39,905 nt of DNA from a bacterium. Its GTDB lineage: Bacteria; Krumholzibacteriota; Krumholzibacteriia; LZORAL124-64-63. Shown here one piece after another: positions 8,811-16,139 of this stretch; the stretch's first letter is position 1; each line of letters starts with the position of its first letter. Where the stretch lies: NCBI GenBank assembly GCA_031441465.1, contig JANOEP010000048.1, positions 1 through 39,905 on the forward strand, read 5' to 3'. The translations under genes and the position numbers were made by a program. The notes beneath the pieces are model-generated. The model saw only the letters and a list, made by a program, of their open reading frames with translations. It was not told the origin of the DNA and searched no databases.

Positions 8811-9956
8811 ATGGCGGTTCTGTCGAACCCGCGGTTGGCGGGAGAACTCGAGCAGTACGGCGCCGACGACGTGTCCAAGTGCTACCACTGCGGCAACTGC
8901 AGCGCGACCTGCCCCTTCTCGCGGGAACCCTTCCTTTTCCCTCGCATGTCGATGCGCTACCTCCAGATGGGCCTCGAGGAGAAGCTGCGGGGCACTCTCG
9001 AACCCTGGCTTTGCTACTACTGCGGCGAGTGTTCGCAGGAGTGTCCGCGCGAAGCCGAACCCGGCGAGACGATGATGGCCATGCGCCGCTGGCTGACCGC
9101 CCAATACGATTTCACGGGCCTCTCCCGGCTGTTCTATCGATCCTGGCGGCTCGAGCTGGGCGCGCTGCTCGCGGTCGCGCTCCTGACGGGAATCGGCTTC
9201 GCGCTATGGGGACGGCACAACGGCAGCCTGACGATCTACGACGGCCCGGGCGCCTTCCTCCCGAGCGAGAAGGTGCACGTCTTCGACTGGGTGATGGGCG
9301 GCGTCCTCGGCGGGCTATTGCTGGTCAACTGCCTGAGGATGTGGTGGTACACGTTGGGACGCGAGAAGGGACTCCGGGTGCCCCTGGCCGCCTACCTGCG
9401 TCACGCCTGGCTAATGCCGTTGCATTTCATGACCCAGAAGCGTTACCGCGAATGCGAACGGAAGGCGCCCTGGGCCTTGCACCTCGCGCTGATGCTCAGC
9501 TACCTGACGATGCTCGTCCTGATCATGTTCTTCCTGCACGGGATGCAGTCCGGTCCCGGGATAAGCTGGCGTCATCATGGCCTCGGTTACCTGGCGTCGG
9601 CGGGTCTGCTGTTCACAACCGGGTGGGCTCTGCGGGGCCGGTGGCAGCGGCACGAAATCCACTGGCGGCATTCCCACGAGACGGATTGGCTCTTCCTGGT
9701 ACTGATCCTGTACGTCGCGACGACCGGGATCGTGCAGCACGCGCTGCACCGCCTCGGCCAGCCGCAGGCGGCCAATCTGGTGTACCTCGCGCACATGATG
9801 GGGGTGGTGCCCATGCTGGTGCTGGAGGTCCCCTTCAGCAAGTGGTCCCACCTGGCCTACCGGCCGCTGGCCATGTACTTCTCTACGCTGCAGGCTGAGG
9901 CGATCCTCGCCCGGGACGACGCGCGCGAACCCGCACCGGACGCCCTGACGGCCTGA
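8811..9956 (+). CDS. QmoC-like membrane protein: HdrC-like 2x[4Fe-4S] domain fused to a multi-TM cytochrome-b-like domain (381 aa)
   Basis: CYHCGNCSATCP and WLCYYCGECSQECPR; about 6 hydrophobic helices with His residues (WALHL, RHHG, YLAHM, PFSKWSHLAYRP); GAGGAGG RBS. Confidence 0.8.
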   Translation: MAVLSNPRLAGELEQYGADDVSKCYHCGNCSATCPFSREPFLFPRMSMRYLQMGLEEKLRGTLEPWLCYYCGECSQECPREAEPGETMMAMRRWLTAQYDFTGLSRLFYRSWRLELGALLAVALLTGIGFALWGRHNGSLTIYDGPGAFLPSEKVHVFDWVMGGVLGGLLLVNCLRMWWYTLGREKGLRVPLAAYLRHAWLMPLHFMTQKRYRECERKAPWALHLALMLSYLTMLVLIMFFLHGMQSGPGISWRHHGLGYLASAGLLFTTGWALRGRWQRHEIHWRHSHETDWLFLVLILYVATTGIVQHALHRLGQPQAANLVYLAHMMGVVPMLVLEVPFSKWSHLAYRPLAMYFSTLQAEAILARDDAREPAPDALTA

Positions 9957-9966
9957 GGAGGTGACG

Positions 9967-11682
9967 ATGAGCGAATGCAGGATCGGCGTCTTCATCTGCA
10001 ACTGCGGGTCGAACATCGCCAGGGTCGTGGACTGCGAAGAGGTCGCCGGCTGGATCCGGGACGAGCCGGGGGTCGCCGTCACCCGCACCTACAAGTACAT
10101 GTGCTCGAACCCGGGCCAGGAAATGATCGTCCAGGACATCGGGGCGCATCAGCTGGACCGTGTCGTGGTCTCCGCCTGCAGTCCGCGCATGCACGAGCCG
10201 ACGTTTCGCAAGACGCTGCAGAAGGGCGGCCTCAATCCCTACTACCTGGAGATGGCCAACATCCGGGAACAGTGCAGCTGGGTGCACGACGACCCGCGCG
10301 GGGCCACCGACAAGGCGACCGCGCTCACCCGGGCCGCCGTGCGCCGGGTCGCCCACCACGAACCGCTGGAGAAGCGCTTCGAGAACATGAACCCGGCCAC
10401 GCTCGTTCTGGGAGGGGGCCTCGCCGGCCTGACCGCCGCCCTCGAATTGGCCGGTGCGGGACAGCCCGTGTTCCTTGTCGAGAGCGAGGAGCGGCTCGGC
10501 GGCAATGTCGCGCGGGTGGACCTGACGGCGCCGTACCTCGACTCCGCACGCGACATGCTGGCGGACCGAGTCGCCCGCGTGCAGGAGAATCCGCTGATCG
10601 AAGTCCTCCTGGTGAGCGAATTGGTTGAGCTCAGTGGATTCGTGGGCAATTTCACGGCCCGCGTCCGTTCGACCGGCGAAGACGGCCCGACGCGCGTCCT
10701 GCCTGTTGGGAGCATCATCGTGTGCACCGGCTACCAGCCTTTCGACGCCGGACGCATCGCCGCCTACGGTTACGGCAGGCTGCCGGACGTGGTCACCTCT
10801 TTCGAGTTCGAACGGATGCTGCGCGAGGGCCGGATCCGCACCAGCACGGGCCGCGTCCCGCGCTACGTCGCCATCGTCCACTGCGTCGGCAGCCGCAGCG
10901 AACGGCACCACACGTACTGTTCGCGGGTGTGCTGCATGACCGCCCTGAAATACGGCCACGAGATCAAGTCGGCGATCCCGGATGCCTTCGTCTACGACCT
11001 GTACATCGACATGCACGCCTTCGGCAAGGGATGCGAGGACTTCTACCTCCGCAGTGCGGAGATGAAGACCATCTTCCTCATGTACAAGAAGGGCACTACT
11101 CCCGAGATCATACCGGCCGGCTCTCGTTACGACAGCGAGATGCTGGTCACCGCTCACGACCTGCTGTGCGGCGAAGACATCGAGATCCCGGCCGACCTGG
11201 TGGTGCTGATGGTCGGCATGGAGGCGCGGCGGGACGCCGGGGCGGTCGCCCACCTAGTCAACATCAGCCAGGACAAGGACGGCTGGTTCATCGAGAGTCA
11301 CCCGAAGCTCGACCCCGTCGCGACCACCACCGACGGCGTGTACATCGCCGGCGCCTGCCAGGCGCCCAAGGATATCCCCGACTCCGTGGCCCAGGCCCGC
11401 GCGGCCGCCGCACGCATCCTCCAGAAGATCGCGCGCGGCCGCATCGAAGTCGATGCCGTCTATGCCGAGGTCGACCCCGATCTCTGCTCCGGCTGCCGCA
11501 TCTGCAACGAACTGTGCCCCTACGTCGCCATCGATTTCGACGCGGACAAGAGGCGCAGTCGCGTCATCAGCGCTCAATGCAAGGCCTGCGGCGCCTGCGT
11601 GGCCGCCTGCCCTAGCGGAGCCATCACGGGCCGGCACTTCACCGACGAGCAGATCTATGCCCAGATCGAGGGGGTGCTCTGA
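9967..11682 (+). CDS. hdrA: HdrA-family FAD/Fe-S protein, paralog 2 (intact N-terminal Fe-S domain, no inserted ferredoxin domain, C-terminal 2x[4Fe-4S]; QmoB-like without fused MvhD; 571 aa)
   Basis: IGVFICNCGSNI, YMCS, SACSPRMHE, ANIREQCSWVH, GGGLAG, FEFERM, HCVGSR...YCSRVCCMTALK, CSGCRICNELCP, CKACGACVAACP; GGAGGTG RBS before ATG 9967. Confidence 0.9.
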   Translation: MSECRIGVFICNCGSNIARVVDCEEVAGWIRDEPGVAVTRTYKYMCSNPGQEMIVQDIGAHQLDRVVVSACSPRMHEPTFRKTLQKGGLNPYYLEMANIREQCSWVHDDPRGATDKATALTRAAVRRVAHHEPLEKRFENMNPATLVLGGGLAGLTAALELAGAGQPVFLVESEERLGGNVARVDLTAPYLDSARDMLADRVARVQENPLIEVLLVSELVELSGFVGNFTARVRSTGEDGPTRVLPVGSIIVCTGYQPFDAGRIAAYGYGRLPDVVTSFEFERMLREGRIRTSTGRVPRYVAIVHCVGSRSERHHTYCSRVCCMTALKYGHEIKSAIPDAFVYDLYIDMHAFGKGCEDFYLRSAEMKTIFLMYKKGTTPEIIPAGSRYDSEMLVTAHDLLCGEDIEIPADLVVLMVGMEARRDAGAVAHLVNISQDKDGWFIESHPKLDPVATTTDGVYIAGACQAPKDIPDSVAQARAAAARILQKIARGRIEVDAVYAEVDPDLCSGCRICNELCPYVAIDFDADKRRSRVISAQCKACGACVAACPSGAITGRHFTDEQIYAQIEGVL

Positions 11683-12116
11683 TGGCCTTCGAACCCAGGA
11701 TCGTGGGGTTCCTGTGCAATTGGTGTTCGTACACGGGCGCCGACCTCGCCGGCACCAGCCGCATCAAGTATGCGCCCAACGTGCGCGTGGTCCGGGTGAT
11801 GTGCTCCGCCCGCGTGGATCCCACCTTCGTCATCGAGGCCCTGCGGATGGGGGCGGACGGCGTACTCATCTGCGGCTGCCACCCCGGAGACTGCCACTAC
11901 GCCGAGGGCAACTACAAGACCAAGCGCCGCTACCCGCTGCTGAAGCGGCTGCTCGCGGGGTACGGCATCGAACCGGCGCGGGTCCGCCTGGAGTGGGTCA
12001 GCGCCAGCGAGGGGCAGCGCTTCGCGGACATCGTCAACGAGATGACCGAGCAGGTCCGGGCCCTGGGACCCTGCCGCGTTCGGCAGGTCCTGGAAGCCGA
12101 CCTGTCGGAAAGGTGA
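11682..12116 (+). CDS. mvhD: MvhD/FlpD [2Fe-2S] subunit (144 aa)
   Basis: FEPRIVGFLCNWCSYTGADLAG, VMCSARVDP, GCHPGDCHY, WVSASEG; TGATG overlap with the upstream gene. Confidence 0.95.
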   Translation: MAFEPRIVGFLCNWCSYTGADLAGTSRIKYAPNVRVVRVMCSARVDPTFVIEALRMGADGVLICGCHPGDCHYAEGNYKTKRRYPLLKRLLAGYGIEPARVRLEWVSASEGQRFADIVNEMTEQVRALGPCRVRQVLEADLSER

Positions 12117-12119
12117 GCC

Positions 12120-13082
12120 ATGGCCGACCGCAAGCTCCAGATCGCGCTCTACTGGGGGGCCGCCTGCGGCGGCTGCGATGTCGCCGTCCTCGACACGAAC
12201 GAATTCATCCTGGAACTCGCGGCGGTCGCGGACATCCGCTTCTGGCCGATCGCCGTCGACGGCAAGTACGCCGACGTTGAAGCGATGGCCGACGGTGAGT
12301 TGGATCTGGTCATCTTCAGCGGGGCGGTCCGCAACAGCGAGAACGAGCGCCTGGCGAAGCTGCTGCGGCGCAAGACCAGTCTGCTGGTGGCCTTCGGCTC
12401 CTGCGCGCACATGGGCGGCATCCCCGGCCTGGCGAACTCGGTGACGCGCGAGGAGATCCTGGCGTGCGCCTACCTGGACAATCCTACGATCGAGCCCGGC
12501 AACCGCACCGTGCCACGGACGACGACACCCGCCGGGAACGGCAACGATCTGGAACTCCCCCAGTTCTACAAGCGCGTCTACCGCCTCAGCGACATCGTCG
12601 AGGTCGACTACACCGTGCCGGGGTGTCCGCCCGCCCCCGCGCAGGTGAAAGCCGTCCTGCAGGCGATCGCAGGCGGGAGCCTGCCGCCCCGGGGCTCCGT
12701 CGTGGGCGCGTCGGAGCGGACGGTCTGTGACGACTGCCGGCGCACAAAGGAGGAGAAGCGGATCAAGCGGTTCCACCGCCCGTGGCAGATCATCCAGGAT
12801 CCGGAACGCTGCCTGCTCGAGCAGGGGATCCTATGCGCCGGCTCCGTGACGCGTTCCGGGTGCGGCGTGAGATGCCCGGACAGCAACATGCCCTGCCGCG
12901 GCTGCTACGGCCCGGCGCCGAACGTGCGCGATCAGGGCGCCAAGTTCGTGAGCGCGGTCGCCTCGATCGTCGACAGCAAGGATCCAGCGGAGATCGACCG
13001 CATCTTGGACGGCGTGCCGGACATCCTGGGCTACGCCTACCGTTTCGGTCTGCCCGGCTCGAAACTGCAGAGGAGCCTGTGA
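12120..13082 (+). CDS. mvhG: F420-non-reducing (group 3c) [NiFe]-hydrogenase small subunit (320 aa)
   Basis: YWGAACGGCD, AFGSCAHMGGIPGL, PGCPP, VCDDC, CLLEQGILCAG, CGVRCP...PCRGCYGP. Confidence 0.92.
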   Translation: MADRKLQIALYWGAACGGCDVAVLDTNEFILELAAVADIRFWPIAVDGKYADVEAMADGELDLVIFSGAVRNSENERLAKLLRRKTSLLVAFGSCAHMGGIPGLANSVTREEILACAYLDNPTIEPGNRTVPRTTTPAGNGNDLELPQFYKRVYRLSDIVEVDYTVPGCPPAPAQVKAVLQAIAGGSLPPRGSVVGASERTVCDDCRRTKEEKRIKRFHRPWQIIQDPERCLLEQGILCAGSVTRSGCGVRCPDSNMPCRGCYGPAPNVRDQGAKFVSAVASIVDSKDPAEIDRILDGVPDILGYAYRFGLPGSKLQRSL

Positions 13083-14548
13083 TGTCCCGAACGATCCTGA
13101 TCGATCCGATCACCAGGCTGGAAGGCCACGGCAAGATCCACATCTTCCTGGACGACGAGGGCGCGGTCACCGACAGCTACTTCCAGATCCCGGAACTGCG
13201 GGGTTTCGAGCGTTTCGTGGTCGGCCGGCCCATCGAGGAACTGCCCCGCATCGTCACGCGGATCTGCGGGGTCTGCCCGGCGAGCCATCACCTAGCCAGC
13301 GCCAAGGCGGTCGACGGCTGCTTCGGCGGCGAGGTACCGCCGCTCGCGCACAAGCTGCGCGAAATGTACTACCAGGCCCACTTCATCCACAGCCACATCG
13401 CGCATTTCTACGCCCTGGCGGCGCCGGACTTCGTCTGCGGACCGGATTCCGACCCGGCGCTGCGCAACATCCTGGGCGTCGTCCAGAAGGTCGGGCTGGA
13501 CGTGGGCGGCGCCGTGATCAAGGCACGGGCCATGGCGCAGGAGATCCAGAAGACCATCGGCGGCCGCTCGACCCACCTCGTCTGGTGCCTGCCCGGCGGC
13601 GTTTCCAAGGGTCTCACGCCGGCCGAGGTCGCGGGCATCCGCCCACTGGCCGGCGAGCTTTACGACTTCGCGCAGTTCTCGCTCCAGGTCTTCCGTGACA
13701 TCGTCCTGGGCAACCCGGCCTACGTCGACCTGATCGTGAACGGCCCCTACACGCTCGACGTGCACAACATGGGCCTGGTCGACGGGGACAACGCGCCCAA
13801 TTTCTACGACGGCCTGGTGAGAGTCGTCGACTACGAGGGCCGTGAGATCTGCCGATACGCACCGGCGGACTACCACCTCCACGTCGCCGAGCACGTCGAG
13901 TCCTGGTCCTACCTCAAGTTCCCGTACCTGAAGCAGCGGGGCTGGCGGGGCTTCACCGAGGGGTTGGATTCGAGCCTGTACTGCGCCACCCCCCTTGCTC
14001 GATTGAATGTGGCGGACCGCATGGCAACACCCAGGGCCCAGGAAGCGTATGAGGAGCTGTTCACGACCCTGGGCGGCCATCCCTGCCGGGCGCTCCTGGC
14101 CAACCACTGGGCCCGGCTCGTGGAGATGATCCAGAACGCCGAGGTCCTCCTGCGCTACGCGGACGACCCGGAGATCGCCGGCCCCGATTACCGCGTCGTT
14201 CCCCGGAGCATCACCGGCGAAGGCGTGGGCATCGTCGAGGCGATGCGCGGCACCCTCACCCACCACTACACCTGCGACGAGAACGGGATCTGCACCAGCG
14301 CCAACCTCATCGTGGGCACGACGAACAACAACGCGCCGATCCACATGGTCACCAACAAGGTCGCCAAAGCGATGATCAAGCCTGGGCGCGAGCCCGAACC
14401 GGGAATGCTGAACATGATCGAAATGGCGTTCCGTGCGTTCGACCCCTGTTACAGTTGCGCCACCCACTCCCTGCCCGGCCAGATGCCCCTCGAGGCGATC
14501 GTGCACCGGGGCGGCGAGATCTGGCGGGTGCTGCGGAAGAACTGCTGA
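13082..14548 (+). CDS. mvhA: Group 3c [NiFe]-hydrogenase large subunit (488 aa)
   Basis: IDPITRLEGHGKI, L1 RICGVCPASHH, HFYALAAPDFV, EAMRGTLTHHY, L2 RAFDPCYSCATH followed by a cleavable C-terminal extension; TGATG overlap with mvhG. Confidence 0.95.
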   Translation: MSRTILIDPITRLEGHGKIHIFLDDEGAVTDSYFQIPELRGFERFVVGRPIEELPRIVTRICGVCPASHHLASAKAVDGCFGGEVPPLAHKLREMYYQAHFIHSHIAHFYALAAPDFVCGPDSDPALRNILGVVQKVGLDVGGAVIKARAMAQEIQKTIGGRSTHLVWCLPGGVSKGLTPAEVAGIRPLAGELYDFAQFSLQVFRDIVLGNPAYVDLIVNGPYTLDVHNMGLVDGDNAPNFYDGLVRVVDYEGREICRYAPADYHLHVAEHVESWSYLKFPYLKQRGWRGFTEGLDSSLYCATPLARLNVADRMATPRAQEAYEELFTTLGGHPCRALLANHWARLVEMIQNAEVLLRYADDPEIAGPDYRVVPRSITGEGVGIVEAMRGTLTHHYTCDENGICTSANLIVGTTNNNAPIHMVTNKVAKAMIKPGREPEPGMLNMIEMAFRAFDPCYSCATHSLPGQMPLEAIVHRGGEIWRVLRKNC

Positions 14549-14551
14549 CCG

Positions 14552-15028
14552 GTGCACACCAAGATCGTGGGCATGGGCAACCCGATCATCACCGACGACG
14601 CCATCGGCGTGCGCTTGGTGCGCGGCCTGCACGAGCGGCTGGGCGAGATCGAGGGGGTTATCTGGATCGAGGAGTGCTCGGTCGGGGGACTAAACCTGCT
14701 GGACGTGGTCGGCGACTGCGACCGCCTGATCGTGGTCGACTCGCTGAAGACCCGCGGGGCCGGGCCGGGCGACTGGCACCGCTTCACGGCAGTTGATCTG
14801 CGCCCGACGCTGAACCTCTCCAGCGTCCACGACGCGAACTTCGCGACGGCGCTGGCGCTCGGGCGCCGGCTGGGCATTCCCTTGCCGCGGGACGAAGAGA
14901 TCCACATCTTCGGTGTCGAAATCATCGACAACACCAGCTTCGGCGAGCAGATGACGCCGGAACTCGAACAGCGCTTTCCCGCCTTGCTGAACGAAATCCG
15001 CGCCCAAGTGCGCAATCTGCTGGATTGA
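14552..15028 (+). CDS. Hydrogenase maturation endopeptidase (HycI/HyaD family, 158 aa)
   Basis: GMGNPIITDDAIG, LIVVDS, SSVHD motifs; directly after mvhA. Confidence 0.92.
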   Translation: MHTKIVGMGNPIITDDAIGVRLVRGLHERLGEIEGVIWIEECSVGGLNLLDVVGDCDRLIVVDSLKTRGAGPGDWHRFTAVDLRPTLNLSSVHDANFATALALGRRLGIPLPRDEEIHIFGVEIIDNTSFGEQMTPELEQRFPALLNEIRAQVRNLLD

Positions 15029-15091
15029 CGTCCCGCCCGGACACCACGTCCCGGCACCCACGGCCGACTTCGGTTCAACCGGTCCCGCCGC

Positions 15092-15985
15092 TCAGCACAG
15101 AGGCAGGCTCTTCGCCGGGAGGCCTCCGGCGCCGAGCAAGGCCGCGGCATGCCCCCCCATCGTGACGAACGCCCCCTGCCTCAGCACGCCCTCCAGCTTG
15201 GCCACCGTCGAGTCCTGCCCGCCCTGGCTAAGCAGACGCTTCACCGGCGACTGGCCGATGCGGCCGGGCCGCCAGTCATCCAGTTCCCAGGGATGCAGGT
15301 AGGTGACGATGGACTGGCCCTGACGGCGGGCAAGCGAGCGCAGTGCGCGGGAGGCGGGCACCGGCAGCAGCCGCAGGTAGGCGCCGCCGGCGAAGCCGAT
15401 GTTCACACCCAGGACACGCGCGGTGGTCATGGGCATCACCAGCAGCGGCTCTCCCCCGTTGGTGCCTGACGGCTGCAGCAGGAATGGTCGCCGCGGCGAC
15501 GCGGGCTGACCGTAGTGCGGGTGGTGGACGGGGAACAGGGAGCAGTCGTAGGTGAAGCCCTCCTCGCGCAGCACGTGCAGGTAGTCGTGCACCGGCGGCG
15601 TGATGGTGAAGCTCGGGGCGCGGTAGCCGTCGACGCGGTCGATGCCCGCGGCGGCCAGCGCCGCGCGCGCTTGTCGCAGATCGGCGCGGAACTCCGCCGC
15701 CGTGAGCCGGTGGACGACCGGGTGGGCATAGGAATGGCAGGCGATCTCGTGGCCGGCGTCGGCGATGCGGCGCACCAGCTCGGGGTGGCGCTCGGCGGTC
15801 CAGCCCAGGACGAAGAAGGTCCCGGTCACGCGGTGCCTCGCCAGCAGGTCGAGGCAGCGCTCGGTGTTGCCGACGACGCGGCTCTCGCGCCCCTGCCAGG
15901 TGTCCGGCGGCGCCTGGTCGAGGTAGTTGTGGCCGTGGAACCACTCCTCGACGTCGATGGTCAGGATGTCGGGTGTCGCGTTCAC
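15092..15985 (-). CDS. Polysaccharide deacetylase (CE4/NodB fold, DUF3473/PEP-CTERM-associated type, about 297 aa)
   Basis: LTIDVEEWFH, TFFVLGW, HEIACHSYAH, GYRAPSF, YLHPWELD; GTG start at 15985 with a GGAGGGG RBS. Confidence 0.85.
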   Translation of the reverse strand: MNATPDILTIDVEEWFHGHNYLDQAPPDTWQGRESRVVGNTERCLDLLARHRVTGTFFVLGWTAERHPELVRRIADAGHEIACHSYAHPVVHRLTAAEFRADLRQARAALAAAGIDRVDGYRAPSFTITPPVHDYLHVLREEGFTYDCSLFPVHHPHYGQPASPRRPFLLQPSGTNGGEPLLVMPMTTARVLGVNIGFAGGAYLRLLPVPASRALRSLARRQGQSIVTYLHPWELDDWRPGRIGQSPVKRLLSQGGQDSTVAKLEGVLRQGAFVTMGGHAAALLGAGGLPAKSLPLC

Positions 15986-16139
15986 GTCCCCTCCGTTCGG
16001 CCCCCAGTCTACGCGCAGGCTGTCACACCCGCCCCCGTCCGTCAATCCGTGGTCGCCAAGCGGGACCGTCCCCCTTACTCTGGCCGGAGCCGGACGGGGT
16101 GCTCCCGGGCGGCTGCGATCACACCGACGGGGAGACTTC

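Noticed and set aside
6972..15028. Reading the hdr/mvh genes as evidence of methanogenesis or sulfate reduction; possible selenocysteine in Mvh/Hdr
   Set aside because: The context is bacterial, with no hdrB, mcr, aprAB or dsr genes in the window. All relevant ligand positions are Cys codons with no in-frame TGA.
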